Shown here: one piece after another, positions 29,130 to 38,394 of the stretch | Layout: each line of letters starts with the position of its first letter | How positions within the stretch are numbered: the stretch's first letter is position 1 | Assembly: GCA_965217865.1 (NCBI GenBank) | Contig: CBDCJO010000002.1 | Location: 2,336,001-2,400,000, forward strand | Direction: 5' to 3' | Length of the DNA: 64,000 bases | DNA from: Candidatus Latescibacterota bacterium | GTDB taxonomy: Bacteria > Latescibacterota > UBA2968 > SICM01 | The notes under the pieces: model-generated | Databases searched by the model: none | What the model saw: the letters and a program-made list of their open reading frames with translations, nothing else | What the model was told of the DNA's origin: nothing | Position numbers and translations under genes: made by a program

Positions 29130-31688
29130 CTATACATTTTCCTTTCCCGGCAGAAAATCCCCGATCAAATCCAGACACTCAATGACGTTCAGGCTCCACT
29201 GAGCCGCAACGTTTGTAAACCCCACGTCCCTTTCCAGCAACATAAAATCCGGAACAACCCCCCCGGTGTTCTCATCCTTTGCCTCCCGAAAATAGATTTC
29301 GTCTCTCAGAAGGGTCTCCCAGGCCAGCCGGGCAAGATCCGGATCCCCTTTTCGAAGAGCGGCGTATGCGATCACCCTCGCCGCAAAGATCGTTATTTCC
29401 TGCCCCCGGTGGGTCGCCATCCCGTTTGGGACAAGCTTTTTCCGTTCCTCCGGATCCATAGCCCACAGTTCGCCGTACCCCCCCAGTGCATCTGCCCATT
29501 CTTTGAGGTCCAGGAGCTGGGCCATCTCCATCCAGATCTCCGGAGCGCCGAATGGCAGCATCATATGATAGGAGTAAGGTTCCTGGTCTTCGATGAAGGA
29601 CATCTCTCCGCTTTCCGGTTCAAACATGAAAAGGGGACCTGCGATCAGAGCGGGTTTACGGGCGAGTATACCTTCGATACCCCGAAGCATCTTGTCCCGG
29701 TATCGCGGGTCTCCCGTCCTTTCCCAGGCGGTCACCCAGTTCCAGCAGAAACAACCCCACCAGGGCGCGGACTGCACCTGGTGCGGTTGGGTTGGCCAGG
29801 CGTCGCACGTCTCCGTCAGAATCTCCCCGGTCCGCTCGTCGCCCGTCATGAAGTAGTAGAAACGGCGATTTCCTGCCATGCTGATCCGGGGCTCGATACA
29901 CGCACAACCCCAGTGGATCACGTTGTGTCGGCCTCCGAGCCCGGCATGTTGGCCCAGATGGTAGATGTCAACCTCGCTCGTATGCCGCGTCATCGCCTCG
30001 GAGAGTCGGAACACATCCGCCCGGCCGGTCCTCAGGAACGAGTACCAGAGCCAGATGTCCGTGGAGCACTCCGTGTTGTCCCAGGCGTAGCCCCCCTCAT
30101 CGTAGCGCCACGTATGACGGTCCGGATCGTAGCTGTGCATGAAGTCCCCATAGTTCCAGAACCCGTACCAGTTCCTCCGATCCACCTCCTTCACGTAGTG
30201 TTCGAGCACCTCATCGAGCCGATCCTCCAGGTTGCGCGCGGTCGCCGTTTCACGGTTTGGAAGACTCCACACCCCGAAGACGCCCGTTTGTCGATAATAC
30301 TCCGGGTCACACACCGGAAGAACTGGCCGGGCGATGGACTTTGCCATGGCCGTGATGTCCCCCCTGCTCGGAGAACCGGTCAGAGTCCACAGGGTCAGCT
30401 CGCTGGTCCGGGCGATCCCGAATGGATTACTGCGCTCCGGGTTGAAAGGGCCAGACTCCCACTCCAGGCAGTTGTGACATTCATACATCGGTCCGTACAT
30501 CTGATCGGAGTAATGGCGCATGTCTGACGGTTCGGTTTCGGGAGGCCAGAGCCACGCCGTCACGACAGCCGGACGCTCCGGGTGACCCGCGTCTTCAATC
30601 GTAAACCCGGAGGGGTGCGACTGCCAGAAATCCCTGATTCCGATCCCGAGCCCTCCGGTCGAATCGCTGATCGCCGCCGTCCCCAGGGCTCGCCTCCCGT
30701 GATGCGCCTCGATCTGTGCGAACTCCGCTCCGCACCCCTTCCGAATCGCGAAATGATCGGCGCTATCCTGGACGAGTGAAAAGCGGTTCCAGACGGGCAT
30801 AGCCGCAACGCCCCCCGGCCGATTCAAATGCTCCCCTCCAATGTGTCTGGGTCGTTCAGGATTACGACCCATGTCGTGTGAGCGGGGCAACATCGGCGGC
30901 ACCAGGCGTACCGGTTCCGACCACACGCCTTCCTCGTCCCCTGAGAACCATACCCGGCGGTTGTGCGGTGCATCGCGCAGAGGAACCGCAAATCGGAGCC
31001 CCAGGCCCGCCAGGAAGTCGGTGTTTGCCTGGCCGTCGTACACGAACGTGTGGACCATGCGTACGGAGGAAATTCCTGCGTAGAAATACATGCGGAGGAC
31101 AAACGGCAAAAACGCCTCATCGTCCTCCAGGCGGCGATGGATCCCTTCCAGTCTGACCACGGCCCTCAGGGGTCCGGCGTGTTCAACCGTCCCCTTTTCT
31201 ATCATTCCCGTGAACTCAAGGCACTCCCTGACGGAATCCGTCCCACGTGATGTTCGACGTTCGCGTCTGCAGACCAGGCCCGCTCCCGCGCATACCTCGA
31301 GTTCTCTCACCGATATCGTTCTGAAGAGGTCCGTTCCGGCCTTGCCGATCTCGCACTTCAGCTCGCCCGTATCCACGCGGATCCGGTCGGGCGTCTCTTC
31401 GATCGTGAGGGAGACGGGATGCTCCCCCGGCATTCCTTTCTCCACGATCAACCGTCCGTTCGACGTGCCGTCCAGCACGGCTGCGAGCGCGGTCCACTTG
31501 ACGCTTCCGTCAGGCCAGTAGCCCAGCGGCCAGGACTGCACGGGCAGGTCCCTGCCCTCCCCGGTGCCTAGCCGCACGCTTTCTCCCTGGGCAAGACTTC
31601 CCTGTTCCCAGGGAACTCCCCAGGTTACTCCTGTTGGCACCTCGGGCGGATCTCCCTCCAGCCATTTCAATGCAATCGGGCTTTCCAT
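29130..31688 (-). CDS. YetA/PcRGLX-like exo-rhamnogalacturonan lyase family protein (PL26-like)
   Basis: GVTWGVPW, YWPDGSVKW, WYGFWNYGDFMHSYD, GGYAWDNTE, RHTSEVD, RHNVIHWG. Confidence 0.85.
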   Translation of the reverse strand: MESPIALKWLEGDPPEVPTGVTWGVPWEQGSLAQGESVRLGTGEGRDLPVQSWPLGYWPDGSVKWTALAAVLDGTSNGRLIVEKGMPGEHPVSLTIEETPDRIRVDTGELKCEIGKAGTDLFRTISVRELEVCAGAGLVCRRERRTSRGTDSVRECLEFTGMIEKGTVEHAGPLRAVVRLEGIHRRLEDDEAFLPFVLRMYFYAGISSVRMVHTFVYDGQANTDFLAGLGLRFAVPLRDAPHNRRVWFSGDEEGVWSEPVRLVPPMLPRSHDMGRNPERPRHIGGEHLNRPGGVAAMPVWNRFSLVQDSADHFAIRKGCGAEFAQIEAHHGRRALGTAAISDSTGGLGIGIRDFWQSHPSGFTIEDAGHPERPAVVTAWLWPPETEPSDMRHYSDQMYGPMYECHNCLEWESGPFNPERSNPFGIARTSELTLWTLTGSPSRGDITAMAKSIARPVLPVCDPEYYRQTGVFGVWSLPNRETATARNLEDRLDEVLEHYVKEVDRRNWYGFWNYGDFMHSYDPDRHTWRYDEGGYAWDNTECSTDIWLWYSFLRTGRADVFRLSEAMTRHTSEVDIYHLGQHAGLGGRHNVIHWGCACIEPRISMAGNRRFYYFMTGDERTGEILTETCDAWPTQPHQVQSAPWWGCFCWNWVTAWERTGDPRYRDKMLRGIEGILARKPALIAGPLFMFEPESGEMSFIEDQEPYSYHMMLPFGAPEIWMEMAQLLDLKEWADALGGYGELWAMDPEERKKLVPNGMATHRGQEITIFAARVIAYAALRKGDPDLARLAWETLLRDEIYFREAKDENTGGVVPDFMLLERDVGFTNVAAQWSLNVIECLDLIGDFLPGKENV

Positions 31689-31807
31689 AAATGGATTTTT
31701 GACCTCCTGAATCAGTGTGGAATCCCCCGACTCGGTCGACGCCTTACCGATTGTGGTCGCTTCCCATCACTGAGCGGGTCCCCCCCCCTCGATTGTGGCG
31801 AAGCGTT

Positions 31808-32617
31808 TCACGGCGAATGAGCCCTCACGATCTCACGCGTTTCTCGGAGACTGTTTGCGTATCCTTCTCTCACCACATTCAGATCATTACCGCAATTCAA
31901 CCACCGCACCCCTCTCTTAACGACCTCCACCATCGCCTCACCCGGATTGACCGCCGTGCCCATGACCTTGCCGTTCGCTCGGCATGCCTCGCCCACTCGG
32001 TCGTAGGCCGCCAGCACCGGCTCGTGGAGTTGCGGTGGTCCGGGTTTGCGAATAGTGTTGTAGCCGTGCGACAGGTCTCCCGGCCCCACGAACAACAGGT
32101 CGATGCCGTCGACCGCTGCGATCGCCTCGACATCTTCCACGCCTTCGGCATCTTCGATCATCACGCCCAGCAAGGTCTGCTCATTGGCCCTATCCAGAAA
32201 TTCGCTCTTCTCTATAGTGCCGAACCCCGAATCGCGGCCACCGCCCATGCCGCGTAGTCCCTGCGGCTGAAACTTCGCCATCCTGACGAACTCGCGCGCT
32301 TCGTCGACGCTTCGACAATGCGGCCACACAAGCCCCCCCGCCCCGAGCTCCAGAGGCTTTATAACCTGGTTGTAGGGCCCGTGTGGAATCCGCACGAACA
32401 CATCGAGATCGACCGTGCGCGCTGCGAGGATCATCGTCGACAGCCGCTCCAGGTTGAGGTGCGTATGCTCCATGTCGATCCACGTGCAGGTGAATCCGGC
32501 CTGGACGATCAGCTCGACGACGACGGGGTCGAATACGCGGTTGATCTCCGGGACGTAAATTGTCTCCCCTTTTGCAAGCGCAGCCTTGGTGTTGTTGATC
32601 CTGTATCGTTCTGACAT
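31808..32617 (-). CDS. HpcH/HpaI aldolase
   Basis: IDMEH, VRIP, MIED, FVGPGDLS. Confidence 0.9.
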   Translation of the reverse strand: MSERYRINNTKAALAKGETIYVPEINRVFDPVVVELIVQAGFTCTWIDMEHTHLNLERLSTMILAARTVDLDVFVRIPHGPYNQVIKPLELGAGGLVWPHCRSVDEAREFVRMAKFQPQGLRGMGGGRDSGFGTIEKSEFLDRANEQTLLGVMIEDAEGVEDVEAIAAVDGIDLLFVGPGDLSHGYNTIRKPGPPQLHEPVLAAYDRVGEACRANGKVMGTAVNPGEAMVEVVKRGVRWLNCGNDLNVVREGYANSLRETREIVRAHSP

Positions 32618-32627
32618 GGCCTCCCCT

Positions 32628-33797
32628 TCAATCGGCGGCTGCCGCGACGCCGTCGAATCTCGGTAGCACTTCCTTGCCGAACCACTCGATGTTCTTCCTG
32701 AGCACACTGGGCGGAATCGCCAGTGCTCCCGCGCCCACCGAAACGCGCCTCAATCCCGGCAGCCGCTCCTGGTATTCGCAGATGCGCTCGTACACGTGTT
32801 CTGGCGGCCCGCAGATCCAGGCGCCGTCGCGGACGAGGTCGTGCACGGTGGGAAGACCGGCGGTCGGCGCTTTAACCGGATCATACGTCGCCAGTATTTG
32901 CTCCCGCTTGAGAAATGGCATCCTGCCAAGAGGCGACAGCACCTTGAGCTGCTCCTCGAACCAGCATGTCGCCTCCTGGATCGCCTGCTCCTGGGTGTCG
33001 GCCATGATGATCTGCAGCACGAGTTCCAGGTCTTCCCCGAGCTCGGTCTCGCGGCCTCGGGCCGCCTGCGCCTCTTGCCACTTGCGAGCGACCTCATCGA
33101 CCCGCTTCCCGCCCGGAACGACTCCCTTGATGCCGTGCTTCATCATGAAGTCGATGCCCCGGGGGCTTACGCTGACGATCGGCTGCCAGCACTCCACCGG
33201 TAGCGTGCGCGGACGCGGCACCAAGGTCAGGTCCTTCAGCTCCTGTTCGCGATAGATGACCTTTGGCGGCAGGTCGTAGTACTTGCCGTGATGGGAAAAG
33301 CTCTGCTCGTTCCAGGCCTTGAAGATGATGTCGACCTGCTCTTCGAACAGGTCGCGGTTGGCCTCGTCGTCATCGAGGGGTGAGCCGAGCGTCTCCACTT
33401 CGCGGTTTATGTAACCGCGCCCGATGCCGAAGCGCACCCGGCCCTCCGTCAGGACATCTGCGATGGCGAAGTCCTCGGCCAGTCTCAGCGGGTGCCACGC
33501 CGGCACCGTGTGGAACATGGCCCCGAACTTGAGCCGCTCCGTCTTGCCGGCGAGCCAGACGCTCAGCAGCGGTATGTTGCCCATGCCGCCGTACCCTTCC
33601 CGCTGAAAGTGGTGCTCCGCCAGCCAGAGCGTGTCGTAGTTCAGCGCCTCCATGAGCTGCGCCATAGAGAGGGCTTCGTCGAACACCGTGGCCAGATGCT
33701 CGTCCGTCTCGATGCGGTCGTCGACGCGCATACCATTGAAGCCCATGTCCGTCATCTCGACGTGGCCTCCGAAGAAATAGTCAAAACTCTCGATCAT
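32628..33797 (-). CDS. LLM-class flavin-dependent oxidoreductase
   Basis: WLAEHHF, HPLRLAEDFA, GRVRFGIGRG, ICGPPEHV. Confidence 0.92.
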   Translation of the reverse strand: MIESFDYFFGGHVEMTDMGFNGMRVDDRIETDEHLATVFDEALSMAQLMEALNYDTLWLAEHHFQREGYGGMGNIPLLSVWLAGKTERLKFGAMFHTVPAWHPLRLAEDFAIADVLTEGRVRFGIGRGYINREVETLGSPLDDDEANRDLFEEQVDIIFKAWNEQSFSHHGKYYDLPPKVIYREQELKDLTLVPRPRTLPVECWQPIVSVSPRGIDFMMKHGIKGVVPGGKRVDEVARKWQEAQAARGRETELGEDLELVLQIIMADTQEQAIQEATCWFEEQLKVLSPLGRMPFLKREQILATYDPVKAPTAGLPTVHDLVRDGAWICGPPEHVYERICEYQERLPGLRRVSVGAGALAIPPSVLRKNIEWFGKEVLPRFDGVAAAAD

Positions 33798-33918
33798 CCT
33801 ATCTTATCTCCTTTTTTGGATTTCGCGCGTTTTCGACTGTCATCCAGATTGTCCTGGCGATTGCATTCTCACGACGGGCGCCAATCCAACCTTGATCCGT
33901 CGTTGAGGGCTTCTGGAC

Positions 33919-35350
33919 TCACGCCACCCAGAATGAATAGAGCGCTGCATCCACGAGTCTGAACTCGATCTTCAGACCCTTCCCTCCCGGCAAGTGCTCT
34001 TGCCCACGCCACCGAATGACCTGATCTATGTCATCATCCCCCGCGGCGACGCATTCATCGTGGGAATACCCCGTTACCTCCGCTTCGCTCTCGTCCAGAA
34101 CGGCGCCCGTGACGCACCCTTCGGACGCGTCCGCGTTGACGTGAAGAAGCCCACCCGCTGCACGGAAAGCATGCGTCCTGAAGGTGCCATCCTCTTGATA
34201 GGGCTCCACGTAGGCGAACCCGTCGCGCCTGAGCGTTGCCAGACCCAGATGCCCGGTCGGGCCCTCGACCTTCGGTCCCCCACCGCCGTGGGACCAGCCG
34301 TTTCCCGTGTAGTAGAAAAGGATGCGGTCCTCCAGCACCACCTGGCAGGGCGGGCCTCCTGCTCTGCCCGCGTCCCAGGATCCCCTCTGGCCCACTCGCA
34401 GAAACATCCCTTCTCCTGCCGGCCTCCAATGGATCGTGTCATCGCTGAAAACGAGCTTCGTCTCCAGATACCCGTAGTTCGGCGCATCCCGATGGTAGAC
34501 CTCTAGAAGTCCAAGGAACGCCCCCTCGTAGGGGAAAACCGTCAGCCCGTAGTACTGATCACCAGAGAGCGACCATCTCCCGGGCCTGATGACCAGCTCC
34601 GGCTCGCACCACCGGATGAAGTCAGGACTCTCGATTCGGCCGACACAGCGAACGGCATCCGCCCCCAGCTTCTGGCCATGACGGTACAGCAGCTCGCATC
34701 CCCCGTCTGTACGAAGCCGCACAAAGCAAATGTATCCTTCCCTTTCCGGGTCGCGGATAATGCTGTGCTTACAATCGCTGACTACCCCAGGGTACAACCG
34801 GGTTCTCTTCGTAATGACGCCAGTGAATGCCGTCATCCGAGAAGGCGGCGCAGCAGTCGCTCATGCTTTTCGAGCCGGTGTCCGGGTTCCACCTCTGCGT
34901 GCAGTAGAACATCTTGTAGCGCCGGGATCCATCCGTATCTCGGTCATCGTAGAGTATGCCAGGACCCGAAACCGCCTTTCCGCTCCCCTCGGGCGCATAG
35001 ACCAGGTTGTTGGCACGCGACCCCCTGTATTCGTACAACCCGATCTCCGGTTTTTCCCACCGGATGCCGTCCGTCGAGGTCGCATAGGCCAGCGGACTGA
35101 TGCACCCATCCAGAGGCTCCCGGAGTCCGACGTTGTACCAGGCCTGGAACTCGTGTGCCTCCGAATTCCACACGACTGATGTGTGGACACCGGTGGACGT
35201 CTCTTCCAACATCGTGTCCGGCCTGATCAGCGGATTCCCGGCGTGTTTCTCGGGAACTCCCCATATCCGGCGAAGGCCCCTCAGCACTCCGATCCGGTCC
35301 AGGTCGCCGTGGAAGCACACCCTGTGTCGCGCTGGATCTATGTTCGGCAT
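33919..35350 (-). pseudogene. Five-bladed beta-propeller glycosidase-like protein (one frameshift)
   Basis: ORFs 34769..35395 and 33919..34836 join at ENPVVP/GVVSD (~34790). Motifs STDGIRWEKP, SDDGIHW, GLATLRRDGF, LHVNAD. Confidence 0.75.
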
Positions 35351-35425
35351 CTGCTGCCTTCGTCCGTGGATACGCAGATCGGATTCACGGCACATTCGTG
35401 AAGCGATGGAGGGTCACAGGAACCT

Positions 35426-36520
35426 TTAGCCTTCGACCTGCACGCGCACCCAGCGAGTGTCCGTCACGTCCCCTGCTGTGCACCAGAAATAGGTCAGGAT
35501 ATCCCCGTTCAAAAGAAACACGCCTCCCGGCTTCCCGAAGCCGATCAGCATGTGCTCGGCCAGGAAATTCTCTGTTTTCGGCTTTCCGAGCGTGGCCTCC
35601 TTGCCCGCGTCGAACACGACCACTTCGTGATCCACATCGAAATGGCTCAAGTCTTCCGTGACCGCAAGGTGGATACCCTGGGGTTCATGTCGGAAGTTGT
35701 AAATGGCCGCCACGCGACCGTCCCCAAGGGAGATTGGCGTGCAGACCTGTCCACGCAGATTCGTCGGCCGGGGCTCCGACCACGTGCGCCCCCGGTCATC
35801 GGATATGACCCAGTGGTTGTTCATGTCCTCTTTGGTGCCGTAAAGATGTGACCAGATCAGCGTGTAGATCCTTCCGTCAGGAAGGAGGCAACACATCAGA
35901 TCCCACCAGCAGACCGCACCCGACAGATCGTCCGCAACAACCGTGAAATCTCCCCAGGTCTTGCCTCGGTCTGACGAGAATAAAGCCGCGGCCTTCTGGT
36001 CCGGCGGACCTTCATAACCCTCCGGCTTCCACGTTTCCAGGGGGTACATCCAGCGGTCCGGAGCCAGCTGCAGAAGCGTTCCGGCGCCGTTCCATGTATA
36101 CTTTTCAGGGGGCAGGTCCACGGGAACCACCTGGGGGGCCGACCAGGTCCGGCCTTGATCCTCGGACCAAAACAGGAGCATCTCTGGCCGCTGCAGAGCC
36201 TCCGACTCAACGTCGAACAGCTCGATATCCCCGGCCTCATAGCGCGTGGCCGTCATGACCAGGAGCCCGTCCGGCACGACACTGACTTTGGGCCCACGGT
36301 AGCACCAGCCGTCGTCCGGCGGTCCGCCCCCGTGGATGCTCCCCTCGTTGATCCATGTCTTCCCCCCGTCTGTGGACCGGAGTACCTCGATGTGGTTGTC
36401 CGGCGATCCGAGAGAAGCTCCAACGTGCTGGCAAGCGATGAATGTCCCGTTCGGCAGGGGGGTGATAACGGGCATGTAAGCGCCTCTTCCCTGCTCCCTT
36501 GAAATAATGCCCTTATCCAC
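35426..36520 (-). CDS. Sialidase-family Asp-box protein
   Basis: STDGGKTW, SEDQGRTW, SSDRGKTW, SDDRGRTW; C-terminal FGKP. Start codon uncertain. Confidence 0.85.
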   Translation of the reverse strand: MDKGIISREQGRGAYMPVITPLPNGTFIACQHVGASLGSPDNHIEVLRSTDGGKTWINEGSIHGGGPPDDGWCYRGPKVSVVPDGLLVMTATRYEAGDIELFDVESEALQRPEMLLFWSEDQGRTWSAPQVVPVDLPPEKYTWNGAGTLLQLAPDRWMYPLETWKPEGYEGPPDQKAAALFSSDRGKTWGDFTVVADDLSGAVCWWDLMCCLLPDGRIYTLIWSHLYGTKEDMNNHWVISDDRGRTWSEPRPTNLRGQVCTPISLGDGRVAAIYNFRHEPQGIHLAVTEDLSHFDVDHEVVVFDAGKEATLGKPKTENFLAEHMLIGFGKPGGVFLLNGDILTYFWCTAGDVTDTRWVRVQVEG

Positions 36521-36643
36521 GAGCTTCAGGAACCGGTCGCTCCCTTCAGAATGGATGCCTCAATTTTTTTACCCCTTGTTCCTCGAGCCTGGCGGAGACC
36601 CACTCCCCATCCTCCTGCTCACCTGTCACCCAATCTTCAATTC

Positions 36644-38281
36644 TCAATCTTCAATTCCGTAACTCATGTCCTCCGGATGCATAAGATACGCCAGCACGGG
36701 GGGGGTTCCTGCGTGCGAGCAGCACATGTTCCCGAACCGCCAGAAGCCCCAGAGGCGAGCCCGGTGCATCGGTTCGATGGCCACCTTCTCCGTAACAGCG
36801 TCCAGAAGCCTGTCCAGTTCCTCGAACCTGGGATCGGCCCCCCCGAATACGTCACGGGTCGCTCCCGTGGACCACATGTAAGCCGGATCCGCGGGCGCGA
36901 TTACAGGTTCCTGAACGCAGATCCCCAGGGACTCGGCCTCCTCATCCGAGATCGCATCCCTGCTGAATCGCATCCAGAACTCGTGTGTCTTGCCAGCCCC
37001 GATCCCATCGTTCGTTCCTGTGTCATTGTATGAGGCCGTCCTCCCGGGTGCATATTTATCGATCATCGACTCGATCCAGCGAACATCCTCCTCCGTCCGG
37101 CCGCCAAAGCTCTTCAGGTTCAGGGGGGCAGTCGGATACCGATCAAGAATCTCCTTCACCGTCTCCTCATCACGGGACTCGAGCCGTGCCACAGGATCTC
37201 CCCAGAACCCGTCGAAGCGGGCGGCGTTTTCCTTCCAAGGCGTATGAAACACCATCGGCTCACCATACGATGCGGGCCAGAACTGAACGTCGATGCCATC
37301 GGGCGTCAGCTCATAACCCTTCGGATACTGCTGCCAGAAATCGCGAACCGCCGCATATGCCGAAGCCTTACTCCCGCAAAGACTCGCCCATCCCCGCGTC
37401 TTCTCTCCCCGCCCAAACGGCTCATTGTCACGCGTCACCTCATACCTGATATCCGACGACTGCAAATATTCCCCCTGCTCCCACCGCACCGCCCAGTGCG
37501 CCTTCTCCTCACCCCCGAACGCCATCCGCAGATCATCTCCCAGATCCAGAGGGAAATACATCCCAACCTCCGAAAACTCGAGCACGTCAGGATTCTGATC
37601 GAACACAAACGTATGGAACATCCGCAAATCCCTGCTCCCCGCATACGCATGGATGCGAACCGTATACGGACAAAGACAGATACCATCCGGTGTCGCATGA
37701 TACCCCTTGATGCATACGGATGCCCGAACAGGACCCCAATCCTCCACCACCACTCTCGGATCAGGTGCAGCCGTCACGGAATCATACACCTCTCCGGATC
37801 TATTCCTCATATACAGATACGGACCGGGATTTCCACGGAGCACATCTTGCCAGCCATCCTCGGTCCGCAATTCGCAGCGCGCAAGAAAATCCGGAGAGCC
37901 CTTTCTGACATTCAGTCGCAAGGCTCCTGTGTCGATCGTGACACCCTCCCCCGAATCCTCGACACGCACTTCCTGCACGGGTTCCGGTGATTCTATACCC
38001 TCCCCGTACTCCAGATAGACTTCCCTTGTCTCATCGACCCCCAGATCCGCCTGGAAATCCACCAGCAGCCATTTTACGTACTTCAGATCCCGGTTCCATG
38101 TGGCCAGACACGTGGTTTGCGTGGGGAGGGCCTTTCCATCGGGGCTAACTGCGCGGACCGGCGTCCCGCGTTCGAGATCTCCGTCCGCGAACGGCACCCC
38201 CTGCGTGATCGGCCAGGCCTTTCGATCAACTCCGCCATGGTTCTCGATCGTTAACTTGATCCGTTTGATCTCCTTCGTCAT
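36644..38281 (-). pseudogene. Truncated YetA/PcRGLX-like paralog (C-terminal ~340 aa missing)
   Basis: Colinear with 38395..41067 up to HPEDMSY, then runs into a heptamer repeat and stops. Confidence 0.8.
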
Positions 38282-38330
38282 AAAGCTTCCTCCTGATCCT
38301 CCCAAACCTCACCCTGGGCATACCAGCGAT

Positions 38331-38394
38331 CCACTCCCCATCCTCCCTGCCTACTTCACCAAACTTCAATTTTCAATTCTCAATCTTCAATTTC
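38331..38394. repeat. Downstream motif plus (c/t)tcaat(c/t) heptamer tract, also found at 36600..36658
   Basis: ccactccccatcctcc followed by ttcaatt-ttcaatt-ctcaatc-ttcaatt. Confidence 0.75.
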